The notes: generated from the sequence alone by a model not told the origin. DNA of 64,000 bases from Octopus vulgaris (GCA_951406725.2 OX597822.1:5270001-5334000), one strand, 5' to 3'; shown: positions 1 through 14,607, counted from the first letter of the stretch. Program-made: numbers and translations.

Positions 1-37
1 ATTAAATATTATTAGGAATTGTATTAAAAGAAGTCAT

Positions 38-252
38 TGGTTTCAAACTTTTGGCACAAGGCCAGCAGGTTTAGGGGAGGGGCTGGGTTGATTAAATCGA
101 CCACAGTTTTCAACTGGTACCTGTTTTATTGCCCCAAAAAGATGAAAGGTAAAGTCAACCTTGGCAGAATTTGAACCCAGAATATAAGGACAGCTGAAAT
201 GCTGCTAAGCATTTTGCCCAGCATGCTAATGATTCTGCCAGCTCACTGCCTT
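38..252 (-). mobile_element. tRNA-derived SINE, family C (degenerate copy)
   Basis: Minus strand reads AAGGCAGTGAGCTGGCAGAATCATTAGC... with a B-box-like GGTTCAAATTC and a central CCTTTCATC...GGGGCAATAAAA motif. Similar copies at 29347 and 38100. Confidence 0.75.
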
Positions 253-879
253 AATTCTATAAAAAAAAATCAAAATATATTTTGTATTTTAGAAGTATAA
301 CCAATTTACTGCACATAAATTTTAACTATAAAATTGCATATAGGCCCCTAAGGGTCATGTGAACCTCAGTTGAGAACCACTGCTCTATAAATTCAGTCCT
401 AAAGAATGAAATGTTATTATCATCACCATCAGTAATAATTTTGGCATTCAGTTTTTCTTTTCTTTTCCACGTTATTCATCTTTTTCATCTTCTTGCACAA
501 AACAATTTTCCATCAAAATCCTCAAAGACTAAAGAAATATACAGCACTAAGAAAACATAAATAACAGGAAAAATAATAATTCCTTTTATTTTTTTATTAC
601 AACAACAACAAGAATAATAAGAAGATGAGAGAAAGAAAGAAAAACAAGAATGTATTGCAGGAGGCTACTATTTGGCAAGGAGACGATTTAATAATATTAG
701 ATTTTCCAACAACAAACATATCACAAAAATAATACTAATAATAAATTAACAATAATAGTTGATGGAAATAGCATTTGTAATAAATAAAAACTGAGGAAAA
801 AAAGAGGAAAGAAAAAGAAATATAAGCAAAGCATCAAAGAAAATGTAAAAAAAAAAAAACCAAATCCATACCAAGAGAA

Positions 880-1785
880 ATACACGTGTGTACATGTATG
901 GGTATGGGTACACATGTGTAGTGCACATTTATGTGTATGTGTGTGTGTGTGCATACATATACATGCAACGCAATGTTATACAAGAATACGCACACTCAGT
1001 GTGCACATTTTAGGTCTAACTCTTTTTTTTAACGAGAAGTTTGGAAAACAGTGAGAATAAAGAAATATACAAATATATATATATATAAATAAAAAGAAAA
1101 CAAAGATAGCAACAGCAATATCACTGTAAAAGGAAAAGGCAAAAAACAAAAAAAGATAATACTTTAAGTAAAAGATGTGTTGTTCAGAGTAGGTTTGCAT
1201 CAATGGTACTGTTGATACGGATGACTGATGCGGACATTGCAATAAAAATACTGGTCAATAGACATCGATTATTCTTTGCTTGTTTTTTTCCCGCTATATA
1301 TATATATATATATATATATATGTTCATTCATTCATTCAATATAAGTGTTAAAGTCAGTATGTGTGTGTGTGTGTGTGTACATAGATACACACACACACAC
1401 ACACACGTATACAAACATTTCTATATTTATATGCAAATTTGGTAATATACATATGTAATCATATTTATATATATATATATATATATGTACATACACAAAT
1501 GTATAGACATGCATATACGTATGTGTGCAAACATCATTTACATATATATAAAGTATGTAATATAACTGTGATTGTGTGTACAAGTACATGTGTGTGCATA
1601 CATATACACATATACATGTGTTTATATCTATATATATATATATATATATATGTTCATACAGATATATGCATATCAATATACACACATACATGTGTATAAG
1701 TGTATGTGTGCATATATATATATATAATATATATACACACACATGCACACATATCTATGTATATATATATACATATATCTATATC

Positions 1786-1873
<88 letters not shown>

Positions 1874-1945
1874 TGTATGTATATCTTTATAAATACACAC
1901 ACATGTGCTTGTGAATATATATATACATGTGTGTGTGTGTACACA
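880..1945. repeat. Compound microsatellite region, (CA/TG)n, (TA)n, (TATG)n
   Basis: Directly visible; it produces the YI/HT/CV low-complexity ORFs. Confidence 0.95.
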
Positions 1946-3371
1946 TAGCCTGATACCAACTAATAACAACGGAAATATTTTCATACAAAATTATATTGAA
2001 GTAATGAAACTAAGAAGCGTGTCCAGAGAAAGCAGAGTAGAATAAAGGCAGAGTTATAAAGGAGAGGACTAAAAAACAATCATAGTCAGCATTTTCCCTT
2101 TTAACTTCTTTCCATTTTTGTTTTTGTTTTTTGTCCTTTTGTTAAATCAAATATATAAAAAAAAAAAACCTATAAAACCCTCATGTAAATTATTTGAGAT
2201 TTTATATTAAAATGGTCAAACAAAAAAACCGAAAGCTGGTATATAGCTTGATGTTGCTACTGCTGCTACTATTACAACAGCTGCCACCATCACCATTACC
2301 AACATTTGTAGTACTATTATTACTACTATGACCATTACCCTCACTAACAACATAACCAAGAGTTTAAGTGCCACTATTGTGAATAGTAATAGAATTACTG
2401 CCGGACGATACATGGGCTGTGTTGATAAGAAAATATATAACCAACCATGCCACAAAGCTGAGGGGTTCATAAGGTGGCAAGAACACTAAGCTATGTACAT
2501 GACCAATATACATAATTCTGAATGGCCCAGTTGATCTAGTTGCTGTGTGAAGCTACCAATGTGGTGCACTAGTACACTGTAGTAAGCAGCTGTACTATAA
2601 AACTGATGAGACTTTTGTGAGCTCATTGTACTGAATTCAAGTCCATCTGTGAACTTTAGCCATGACAGAAGCAATAACTTCATAGCTTGATTTCCAATGC
2701 TATTACTATCATTTCAGAGTGTAATTGAACAATGAATTCAAATAACGCAATCAATATTACTACTGTTATTATCACCCTTCCCAACATCATCACCGCTATA
2801 GTTACAATTACCACCTCTATGAATGATATAGTGTACTATTTTCTCATTTACGTTATTTCAAGATGACTGGTCGTTACAAGAGTAATATGTAAATTATTAA
2901 GTTAGCAGAAATACTGAAATAGCAGAAATAGCAGAAATAATAGTGATGTGCATAATCATGAAACATTAAATCTTGATTCTTTGCTGCTGATACTTATTTT
3001 ATGAATTTCTTCCACCCTCGGCAGAGGTGAAGTGATCAACTAACCTCAATAGCATTTCCACAAGTAACAGTGAGGCAGCAAACTAATTTCTTTACACAAA
3101 TAAACAGAGGAGTGCTCAATGAATGATTTTGTTCCTCGAGGCACAAAATGTACCAGTTTTTAAATCAGAGAAAGAAAAAAATGGTCAGTGACGTCAAATG
3201 AAAGAACATCAGGAATGAGAAACACATTGGAACCAATATACCATATCCATTGTGAAAATAGCCTCTCTTGCCTTGACTGTAGTAGGCTAATAAGCACACT
3301 AACCAGTACACTTCACATTATCACTAGCTGTAGAGGCACTCTACCGTGCTTCTCTCATGTTCAGATAGTCT

Positions 3372-3690
3372 ATCATCATCGTCATCGTTTAATGCCTGCC
3401 TTCTGGTATGGATTGGATGGTTTGATAGGAGCTGGCCAGACAGGAGCCTGCACCAGACTACTTGGTCTGTTTTGGCATGGTTTCTATGGCTAGATGCCCT
3501 TCCTAACACCAACCACCCAGCAGAATGGATTGAGTAATTTTCACATGGTACAAGCACAGGCAAGGTCAGTCAGGCATGGCTTTTATAGCTGGATGCCCTT
3601 CCAAACACCAATCACTTTACAGTGTAGACTGGATGCTTTTTAAGTGGCACACTGGCAGAGTTGCCAAGTCACTTGCAAGCCAAAAATCCT
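3372..3690 (-). mobile_element. RTE LINE 3' tail (family B), with internal partial duplication
   Basis: (CAT)n tail, and the GCATGG...GATGCCCTTCC motif occurs twice. Homologous to the copies at 19346, 42966 and 61225. Confidence 0.7.
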
Positions 3691-4364
3691 TTGAGAGGGG
3701 AGAGGCATTGGAGGAGGGGATCTTGTGTCAGATGATGAAAGGTTATAGTGAGATAGAAACAAGCATTTCCCTATAGGGGAAGTAAATGGTTACCCGACCA
3801 GAGAGATACAAAGACAGACAGAGAAAGAGAGTCTTTATTTTGTTAAATTGCTTTTACTAGTAAGTTCATTTTGTCTCTCTCCACCCTACTTCACTCTGCT
3901 GTACAACCTCCTCCATACTACCCCCCAATCTACTGTTTCCTCCCACACACCACCACATTACTGGCATACAAATACAAGTAAAAGCAATATCATATGACAC
4001 ACGCATACTACGGGGCCCACACAATGTATTAATGCAGATTATCTGGAAATATAGTTTTGTAGATCACACCTAATTAGCTAACTAACCCCCTACATACCAT
4101 AATCCTGCCTAATCAATGCTGACGTTACAGTCTTTACCATCACCAAATAAACTAACAGAAATAATATAAATCCAGAGAATAGAACTCTGGTTGCTGGATT
4201 TGTAACCAGTTTACAGTATTGTACATAAGATATAAATGTTTCAGTGACTCAAAAACTCATACTTGGACTGGGCGCTGATTTTTATCTGGTAGCATTGACA
4301 AATAATCTTTACTACTCTTCTACTGTAATTCCATGCAATTGATTCCAGTTCCTGACTGGTAATG

Positions 4365-4827
4365 TACAAGGGTGAATCAAAAAGTAATGCAGTTTTATGT
4401 TGTAAAAAAAACATAAAGAATACAACCAGACATATTTTCCATCATCATGTAGTTCTACATCACAGATTCGTAGCCCTACTTCTCAACCCAACTACCAGCT
4501 CTTTCAATGACATTTATTCCAGCTTTGTAAAACTCAGCTGGCTAATGTGATAGCCAATTCCTTACAGCAGTCTTCATTTTATTTAGTGAAAATTATAATA
4601 GTTATAATAGAAAAACTATAAAAGCAGACAGCTAAGTTTTAGAAAGCTAGGAAAACGTTCTCATTCATAGGTGGAACACTGCCATTGAAAGAGATGATGA
4701 CTATTTTGAGCAGTTGGGATGAGGACCCAAGACGTATAGCTATATTTTGATGTACAATATGTTTGATTATACACCTTATTTTTTATATATAATAAAATAT
4801 TGCATTATTTTTTGACTAACCTTAGTA
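4365..4827. mobile_element. Mariner-derived MITE
   Basis: Imperfect TIRs TACAAGGGTGAATCAAAAAGTAATGCA / TGCATTATTTTTTGACTAACCTTAGTA, with TA at both ends. Confidence 0.7.
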
Positions 4828-6272
4828 TTTATGAAGCCCAGAATGCAGAAATGTGAAACTGACCTTAGTACAATTTGGACTCCAAACATAAAGAATCACA
4901 ACTAAAAACTGCAAGGTATTTTGTCCACTGCTCCAACGGTTCTACTAATCCATTGCCATTAATATAATGCCTATTCTGCCAGCTATATGAACTGAGACAA
5001 TACTGCATTATGCATATTGCAATGAAAAGCCAACAGTGAAATTGATGTAAAGATAAGCAGTCCAGCTTGAATTTATGTTGTATATATCTACTCAAATAGT
5101 TTACTTTTATTCCTTGTATATTGTAAGTAAACAACACATTTGTAAGCACAGAGGATAGAAAGTAAAATAAATTTCACTAAAAGCACAGAACAAGAAGTAA
5201 ACATTGATTTCAAAAGGTCACAAGCACTGAAAGACACAAGCACACACATATTTACACAAACATATACATATTACAGAGATACATACACACAAATATATCC
5301 ATATTACATAGATATATACACATATATTCAAATAATATGCACATTACAAACACAATATATATAAACCTGAAATGGAGCCTGGTAATGTTATAAAGAAATA
5401 ATTATCTGCTTAGAGAGAAAACCAAAAGACACTTTAATCATCTTATCTAGCAGAACATTTGTTTCTCAATTTTTTAGATACATATTTTTTTTCCTTTAGG
5501 TTCTTGATAATTTTTGTTTTTCTCTTAAATCCTTCCAAAACATAACTCTCTACTCAGATTTACTACGAATACAGATGGAAGTTAATATTACAATGTATAC
5601 AAGAAGAATGAAATCAGAGAACAAGAAAAATGATCAATTGAAAACATATTATTCATATAATTTGATTCTTGTAGCTTGTTAATGTTATAGTTGTTGTTGA
5701 TTTTAGTTAGTAGACATCTGCCACTAAGCCAATCACTATTGACAACAGTCATTTAAACTTTTCAAAACTGATTTGTTGTAGACTAACATATGTTTCCCCA
5801 GTTTATTTTTCGTTTTATTTTTACATTATATTTTAATTATATCAAAGGTGTGAAGTGGCATGGGATAAATGGGGGCAAATTTCATGCCCATTAACAGCAG
5901 TGACAATGATTTCAACTTAATTCTAAAAGAGAAATGACAACAATTTCTTAAGTATAGATTACTGAAGTTTTGAGAAGGTAAACTTTCTTGTCCAAAGATA
6001 ATAGGATACAATAGCAAGATAGACAATACAACTGGGCAACAAAATGTCAGCTACACTGAGCTAGTCTTTACAATTCTGAACATTAAGATGTTTTAAATTC
6101 CCATGGGGAATTGTTTCAGGATGTATCTTAGCCCTAAACGAATCAATATAGTTATGAGAAAATCTCACAAAACTAAGAACCAAAAATCAGAGACATTACA
6201 TAGATTCTAATCAAACTTGGGATTTTGTTTTGTGTTATATTTATAAGGATATCTGTTGCTTTTTGTTACAGC

Positions 6273-6370
6273 TTAGTTGGAAAGAGAGGGCAGCCCCTGT
6301 AACTTTTTCAGAACCTCCAAGTCTTTATACGTGGAGATGAAGAGAAACAACAATCCATGGGCTTCTGCAG
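6273..6370 (-). CDS. Putative terminal exon of an unidentified gene (..AEAHGLLFLFISTYKDLEVLKKLQGLPSLSN*)
   Basis: Acceptor ttcctttcag| at 6371-6372. The phase-1 frame is open to TAA at 6273 and is phase-compatible with exon 16500-16589. No homology recognised; could be non-coding. Confidence 0.35.
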
Positions 6371-7047
6371 CTGAAAGGAATGCATCATTTTATCTTCAAA
6401 CTAGAGATTTGATCTAAAAGTTTGTAATTGAATGGATTCTACTCAACACAACCAAAGTCCAGGTGGTGGGCTTAAACTGGATAACAGATTAGGTCTACCA
6501 CATCTCTTCTCACATTACAATATTCAAATATGGTATAAATCTTGAATAGGAAATATAAATAAATGTGATCATATTTTGTTTGAAAACATAAGATAATTAA
6601 ATTTAAGTGAATCCTTTTAAGATTAAGTCTCAAAATAAATTTGTTTGCAATTTACTGTAACATTATTTCCTATTAAACTGACTTCATTCAGCTGGCCACT
6701 CGTTTAGCGTTTGTTTTGCCAAAAACTAGCGTAAGTTAGATGGGGAGTTATCTGAAGCAGCATTTTACAGCTGAATCCTCTTCCTGTCACCATTTGTCAT
6801 ATCTTTTCCAGGTAAGAGAATTATCTGAAGGTAATACTGTTCACACAATTTGATTCTTGTAGCTTACACACACACACACACACACACACAGACAGATAGA
6901 TAAATAGATATGAGATTGCAGATTTACAAGGAACAGTAGATTGGAATATAAGATTTTCGTGACAGTTGTATCAATATTGTATGCCTATATAATTAGTACT
7001 CCATACTAAAGTCACAGGAGGCTAGATAAATAAAATCAGATACCTAT

Positions 7048-7254
7048 TTAACCCTTTTAGTACTAATACACCTGAGACCACTGTTGGTACTATGATGCAT
7101 TCTTCCTGCTTTAAAATTATCTAAATTAAACTTTCCATCAAAATTTTAAATCAATTTATGTTCCCAGCATATTAATAGTGACAAAGTTATTTTACTAAAT
7201 TCTTCCTTACAAAGATGGCGAATGTCCAAAGAAATACAGTGAGAAATCGGTTAA
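7048..7254. mobile_element. piggyBac-like MITE (degenerate)
   Basis: TTAA-CCCTTTT ... AAATCGG-TTAA ends; TTAA target site. Confidence 0.5.
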
Positions 7255-8317
7255 AATTTTAGTAGTTCATATCACTCGCTGGCAATGTGCTCTATTATGG
7301 CAAAAGAACTTAACTCACAATACCTCAAGCAATTGAGTTGTGGGTGAGTACTAGAAGGGGTAAAATTTGATAAAATTTTCCATTCTAAACAGCAGGAGTA
7401 TTATAACATTTACAAGTATTTTGTAGTTTACAGTTTTTAATTCAGCTACTTCAGCCTGTATATCTTAGACATAATGAAAACAATGTCTTCAGTGTGGTGT
7501 CCACAATAGCTTGATGAGTTGTGAACCCCACTAGCCTATAATCAACAAGTTATAAATAATAATACAAACAAAATGAACACACACACAAACACACAACACA
7601 CACACACACACGCACACATCCATGCCATTTTTGGTTAGGTAAGGGTAAGATGTAATCTTAACATAAAAAATTAAATAAAATAAAAAAAAAAAACACCTGC
7701 ATGAATTATTCAACTATCAATAATTCTACAACAACCAACACGTATTTTAAATGCTTCTGGCAATAATTTTATTCAAATATAAAGAATCAGTAATTGTATT
7801 CTAACACAAAGAATTGGTAATTTTATTCTAATATAAAGAATCAGTAGCTTTCAGACTTGTCATTTTCTTACCATAAGAACATTGATTATTATTTAGAATA
7901 GAGGTTATAGCACAAACACGAAAAATTGATTGCAAATCTAGACAGACTCTCAGCATATCACAGATTATCTGAGACCTGTTTGGTAGACTAAGGCAGCAAG
8001 ATGGGTCTACAGGCCGAAACCCTAATACCTTATTGGGCAAACCACTGCAGTTCATCACTACACAATGGATATCTAACTTATTGTTATTTTAATTAATTTA
8101 AAAAAAAAACTATTCAAAAGCTTAAAAGAGAGAGAGAAAAAAGCTCTTTCTCTCTCTCTCTCTCTCTCCCTCTATCTCAAGAAAATCTTACAGTTTAGAT
8201 AACAAAGTGTCATATCACCTACTGATACCTCCAAACACTCATGATATAGACTTAACTTAGTTGTTTCCCTATAAACATGATGTGATATATATTGGCTGAT
8301 ATGCAGCCATTGGATGG

Positions 8318-8363
8318 CTGCCACTGAAGAAGAGCAGCATGCTGAAATCACATGGTGTGACAG
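8318..8363 (+). ncRNA. Degenerate minimal type-I hammerhead-like motif
   Basis: CTGCCA-CTGAAGA-AGAGCAGCATGCT-GAAA-TCACATGG-TG-TGACAG: stem I CTGCCA/TGACAG, stem II AGCA/TGCT. The cleavage triplet is GUG, so it is probably inactive. Confidence 0.45.
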
Positions 8364-9254
8364 TTCTGCTTCCTGTGCTGGATGAGTCTTGTCTGCTACA
8401 ATATATATCTGATTTTATATTCCATGAACCCACATGAGAGTCCCCTCAAGGTAAGTGCTGCAGCATTCAGCCTTCTGACAATACATCCACACTAAGCTGG
8501 TATTAATACTGATTCTGGTATTAATACTATTGGTATTCTGATACCAATAGTATCTCTTGGTACTAATACTGTTTCTGTCAATAATAATTGTTTTTTATTT
8601 CCGTTAATTTTTTCAAATTTCATCTCACAGTTATTTTCAAAATTATTTGTTAATCTTTGTATTACACAGAACTGAAAATAACTCACATTGATTGAATTTG
8701 CCAAAGAATAACTTGGCAGAAGAGAGTGCCGAAGTCATAGTTACTGAAGCTTCGCATGAAGCCTAATTACAAAAATTAAGAAACCAATACACATTCAATG
8801 AAAAAGTTATAGTTTCATTGGCAGAATCAGAATTTTTTAAGCAAAGGCCAAGACGGAGAACAAAAAATGAGAAAAATTCTACTGTCAAATAATAGAGAAT
8901 TACAGAAAGAATTGTAGAAATTTGTGCAACATATTCAATGAATTAAATTTGTGATTCAATCATGTAAATCAACCAACATTACAAATGTGGCTTAACTATT
9001 GGTATTTGAGATATTTCTATGAAATATTTTGATATTTGAGATAGTTCTATGAAAACAGCCACATGAGGATTTACTATTTTGTAATTATTAAGTAGATGTA
9101 CAACAGGTAAAGATGTTTTTCTTCAATTGGAAACCTTCTTAAAGATGTATTATGCTCTTTGTCAGACATATTTAGGAAGGTTAATGAACTTAATTTTTTC
9201 CCTGCAAGCGAATAAAACAAACATTTCCATTTTCATATGCAAAACAAACCTATA

Positions 9255-9660
9255 GGTGCAGGAGTAGCTGTGTGGTAAGTAGCTTGCTAACCAACCACAT
9301 GGTTCCAGGTTCAGTCCCACTGCGTGGCATCTTGGGCAAGTGTCTTCTACTATAGCCTCGGGCCGACCAATGCCTTGTGAGTGGATTTGGTAGACAGAAA
9401 CTGAAAGAAGCCCGTCGTATATATGTATATATATATATATGTGTGTGTGTGTATGTGTCTGTGTTTGTCCCCCTAGCATTGCTTCACAACCGATGCTGGT
9501 GTGTTTACGTCCTCGTCACTTAGCAGTTCGGCAAAAGAGACCGATAGAATAAGTACTGGGCTTACAAAGAATAAGTCCTGGGGTCGATTTGCTCGACTAA
9601 AGGCGGTGCTCCAGCATGGCTGCAGTCAAATGTCTGAAACAAGTAAAAGAGTAAAGAGTA
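9255..9660 (+). mobile_element. tRNA-derived SINE, family A, full length
   Basis: A/B-box-like head (GCTGTGTGG...GGTTCAGTCCC), internal TA/TG microsatellite and (AAGAGTA)n tail. Near-identical to 10210, 39110 and 42185. Confidence 0.92.
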
Positions 9661-10209
9661 TGGAAGAAGTATGCAGATCAAAATACCAAGTTTGAAACAG
9701 TTTCATGTCATGGTTATTTTGTCTGTGAAAATAATTTGATTAAAATAATTTGATTGAGCAGTGCAAAATCCAAAATTTAATATGTATAACAGAAATAGTT
9801 CTCAAGATATTTTCTAAAAGACATATGCACTTGTAAATTAGATTGGATTCAAACCCATGTCATTGTAACAATAGAAAAGATAAAGCATCTCTCTTTGAAG
9901 GTAATTCTCCTGAATTTCTATAGTTGCAACGCAATCCAAGTCTAAGACTTGAGTATTTTTTTGGCCAATTGTGACCAATGCTATCAGAATCAGTCATCAA
10001 TACTATCTGAATTAGCAATGCTAGCTTTTCTACAGTTTCCTTCCACATATCTGCACAAATTTGCATTTTCAACTTTAAAGGCAATAAAGATGCTACCTTA
10101 CAAGTATTAAAATCCCAGAAATTCCCATTACAGTCAATTATTACACCACAGATCAATGCATTGTGCTAAAACAAACAAGTACATTAATCCAATTGAAAAT
10201 ATTCACATA

Positions 10210-10633
10210 GGTGCAGGAGTGGCTGTGTGGTAAGTAGCTTGTTTACCAACCACATGGTTCTGGGTTCAGTCCCACTGCGTGGCACCTTGGGCAAGTGTCT
10301 TCTACTATAGCCTCGGGCTGACCAAAGCCTTGTGAGTGGATTTGGTAGACGGAAACTGAAAGAAGCCTGTCGTATATATGTATATATATATATGTGTGTA
10401 TGTGTGTGTGTGCGCTTGTGTGTCTGTGTTTGTCCCCCAAGCATTGCTTGACAACCAATGCTGGTGTGTTTATGTCCCCGTCACTTAACGGTTCGGCAAA
10501 AGAGACCGATAGAATAAGTACTAGGCTTACAAAAGAATAAGTCCCGGGGTCGAGTTGCTCGATTAAAGGCGGTGCTCCAGCATGGCCGCAGTCAAATGAC
10601 TGAAACAAGTAAAAGAGTAAAAGAGTAAAGAGT
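10210..10633 (+). mobile_element. tRNA-derived SINE, family A, full length
   Basis: Same structure as the 9255 copy. Confidence 0.92.
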
Positions 10634-13054
10634 ATATTTCTTACTATTAGTAGTTTTGTATGGTCTGAGTTTTAGTTATATTTTTCTGTTTTTGTAATAT
10701 AAAATATACCCCTTTTGATAACACTGAAAGGACATTGCAAGAAAGCTTATCTGGTAAGAAAGAAGGGGTCATGAAGAAAGGAAATTTACGAAACAATTTA
10801 TTAGGCCTTGATTAATTATGAATGGAAGTTGGATGCTAGTCCTTCATAATAGCCAAACAACTGAAGATTTATGGATAACATATACACTTCTCTAAGATCT
10901 CTCTCTCCAAAGCTTTAATTGTAGACATTTGAAACACATACAAGGTAATGAAGAGAACCATCCAACATTTTCATTCCATGGTATATATCAGCAATTTAAC
11001 AGTATAGGCATCTTAGCAATTTCAAAACATTTTACAATTAAAGTATGAAATTTGAAATTTCTATTAGTAGAGTGGAAGATGAAACTGTAAATGACCAAAA
11101 AAAAAAAGTGGGGTATAGCAGAAGACAAGAATTAAAAGGTCAACATAAAGCAGAAAATAAAGAACTAACATATTTTCATCTCTTAATTTAAATAGTTGAA
11201 TTCTTTCATTTATCAATCAAACATTTTCAGCAATTATGCAAAGTGTTTTCCACAAAAGCTATTAGGAATTAAATAGAATTTACTTAAGACAGAGAAGCAA
11301 AAGCTGTAGGTATGTAAGGTGTGTGTATGGCGGTGGGGTGTAAAATAAAAATAAAAGTTATAAAAACAAATTCAGAAATATTTTACTGGATTCTAAATTT
11401 TAAAAATTCACCAAACGAAATGGTGAGATAAGGTTTAAAGAGGGGATTGGGGTATTAATAACCCCACTCCTCACCAACACATATCATTATAGAAAAATCA
11501 TTTGCAGAATTTAGTCTGCAAACATTTAGAAAAACCTGGCCCCATTTTCATTCCAATCTACTGGCTTTTAGCAGGATCCTATTACTGGTTCCTTTGTCTC
11601 CCCTCGTTTGTCAAGCTTTATGAAACTCAACCAAAAAGATAACCCAAGCCATTTTAATTTTCTTCTTATCTCAAACCTCATTTCCTAGAAATTTCAGATA
11701 AAAGTTAAAAAGTTACACACACACAAAAAAAGGAAAATGTTATTTCCTTTGCTTTGTTTTGTTGTTCATATTCATTTCTTATTGTCTTTCTTCTTTAATG
11801 AAATTACATTATGCCTTAATTGGTATGGCAGAATAAGTGATTACCTGGTGAAACTAGGAAGTTGGAAGGAAGACAGGAAGAATTTTCCAATAAACAAACA
11901 TGCACACACACACTCAGATACATGAGCAACTAAAATTTATGCACACACACACATAAACTGCATAAAAAATTAGGGATATGCATATACAAAAAAAATAGTC
12001 ATGTGAAACCATGAGAAACATGTTGGTACAGACACACACATATATATATGCACACAATCTAAATACATACACATATTTACAATAGAGATATAAAAATAAA
12101 AGAGATACATATATACAGCAGCAATGATGACACACATGTGGAACCCCCACATCAATGGGTTCAAACAAATACATGCTTCAGCACACAAATAGATAAAACC
12201 TGGTCAGGAAGATAAATTTTAAGTAGAGAAGGGTACAGAAAACACATAAAGACCAAATATATTTGGAAATGAAAGAAGGTGGGTGTAAATAGAAATAAAT
12301 AAATGAATAAATAAATAAATATATATGGTAAAAATTGTAAGCTGAAAAAAGCACAGGTTAAAGACAGCTAAGAAGATAAAGAGTTAATGAAGAAACAGAT
12401 TTTCTCTAAATGCTTCTATTAAGAGAATAGCAGATAAGGAATTTTACCTTCTCTTAGAAGTAAACACTCTTTTAACATAAACAGTTACACATTCTATACA
12501 CAACAAATTTAGAATGATGTCTTTCAGTTTTCTATAAAAAGTAAATGAAGAGTGCATGTGTGTGTGCATCATATGGATGTCTTTAATGTAGACAATAAAC
12601 TAAATTGATCCTACATTGTGGTGAATCTTGTGTTTAGGTTTCAAGTATTTGTTTGATACAATATAAATATTGAGATGGCTTAGTATTTACGTGGATCACA
12701 TTATTTTGATGCTGCACATCATGAGGATCTTGGCATTAATACATAGCAAGTAGAAACCTGTCGGATGTAACTTAGTTAAAGATATTGATGAGTGATGCTA
12801 CATGATCATGTTTGAGAAACCCTGTCTGCATATCATATTAAGAAGCAACAGAGGGGATTATCATAAAACAGTATTCTCTACAAACTGACAGCCCATCTAT
12901 AGCTTGCATATTTGACGTTGCTTCAGCTGCACTAACAGAATGGTGGAATCAGTGAGGGAGTCACACAACCAAATAAACCTTATGCTATCTTACAAAAGAA
13001 AGATACACTACATCTGGAAGAAAGATCTGATACATGGCTGATTTGGGGTACTCT

Positions 13055-13283
13055 TTAACCCTTCAGTGTTTAAACCGGCCATATCTGGCCAAAATATTCT
13101 ACCTGTTTTATGTTCAAACTAGTCAGATATGGTCATTCATAGCTACCTTATTGTGTCATTTTTAAAAATAAACAATCACATCATTGAAATCTCAAAGCCA
13201 TGAAATGATGCAAGATTAATTTTACATGGTGTGAATACATAAGCTTTACATTTGACAGAATAATCTGAATGCTAAAGGGTTAA
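13055..13283. mobile_element. piggyBac-like MITE
   Basis: TTAA-CCCTTCAG ... CTAAAGGG-TTAA: inverted termini with a TTAA TSD. Confidence 0.75.
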
Positions 13284-14307
13284 TAATAGTAGAAAGAGTA
13301 GATATAAGTGTTTTGAACAAGCAACTTGAAAGTGGTAGGAAACGTATACAATAACAAAGTTTTTGCAAATGTCTACGCTATCGTTGTTAAGAAAAACGTT
13401 TAATAACAAAACAAACTGTGGCCTAGTCAGAAACTCCAATATTTATAACAATTTTCTTAGCAACAATAATACCTGTTGCTGACTAAGTGGCTTGGTATGA
13501 TTCAAAATACCAGCTTTCGGTTCAGGAATTTAAATGCATTAAAAATATTCCAGTGTTTTCTCTGGACACTACACATTGTTCCATACGTTTCAATTTACAC
13601 AGCTACTACAAGCCTGAATTTCTAAGAATGGTATCTCCTAACAAAATTGACTGCTAGAAGTTGGATAAATTGAAACACTCATAATAAAGTCTACTGAATG
13701 GAGAAAAAAGATAATGTGAGCAGTGAATTTGTATTCCTAAACCCAAATTCTTGGTTAATTCCAGTTCTCTGATAATTACTACAGCATAAATTGGGTGTCC
13801 TTAAGTTAGAGAAATAACGAAATGTATTAAGAAAACAAAGTATGTAGTAATTGATCACCATTTGTTGTGCTTGTTGCTGCTGTAGAGTTGCATTTGTTGA
13901 AACTATGTCTAGTTTTGCTGCTGCTGCTGTTGACCTGAAAGTAACTGTCATATCTAGTATTTTTCATGTGTATGTTCTACATCCATGTAAGTCTTTGTTG
14001 TTACTGCTGCTTAGCTTCTGTCAGCCTTGTTTGAACAGATTAGCTGCCAGATCCATCATTCCATATATATACAATCTTATGACTAGTTAAAGACTACACT
14101 AGATACTCCAATGTGCAGTAGTTCATAGTATGACACACAGAATAAGTAAGTTGGATCTACTACTCACTCTGCTCCTGTATTCCAGTAAATCCTGATATCC
14201 AAATTATAAGTGGATAAAAATGAACTAAATTAATATACAACAATTCTTTCTCTTCTTTAATTACTTCTGCAGATGTAAATACTTCTGACACTCCATTGGA
14301 TATGATA

Positions 14308-14607
14308 AGGGTTCAAGTTGATCTTTTCAATGGAACAGCCTGCTTGGAAAATTAACATGCAAGTGGCTGATGATTCCACAAACTCCACATGTACCCTTAA
14401 TATAGTTCTAAGGGAGATTCAGCATGACACAGAGTGTGACAAGGCTGGCCCTTTGAAATACAAGTACTACTCATTTTTGCCAGCTGAGTGGAATGGAGCA
14501 ACATGAAATAAAGTGTCTTGCTCAAGGACTCAACGCATCGATGAGAAGTGAACACACAACCTTACAATCGTAAATCGAATGTCCTTACCACTAAGCCATG
14601 CACCTTC
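14308..14607 (-). mobile_element. tRNA-derived SINE, family E
   Basis: Minus head GAAGGTGCATGGCTTAGTGGTAAGG and a TCCTTGAGCAAGACACTTT central box. Related copies near 18780 (+), 27440 (-) and 44204 (-). Confidence 0.75.

Noticed and set aside
721-1984. Many 60-138 aa ORFs rich in Y/I/H/T/C/V
   Set aside because: They are translations of dinucleotide microsatellites; the same applies to similar ORFs throughout the window.
2603-2630. CTGATGA hammerhead-like start (also at 15382, 22619, 41671, 45853)
   Set aside because: No properly placed stem II, GAAA and stem I.
9860-10156. 98-aa non-repetitive minus ORF
   Set aside because: No recognisable domain, no convincing splice pair, and no ATG at the listed start.
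9162-10608. Recurrent ORFs such as IVEDTCPRCHAVGLNPEPCGW suggesting a gene family
   Set aside because: Antisense translations of family A SINE copies.
14168-14191. Possible 24-nt minus microexon with a gtgagt donor
   Set aside because: The acceptor lacks a good polypyrimidine tract; cannot be supported without RNA data.
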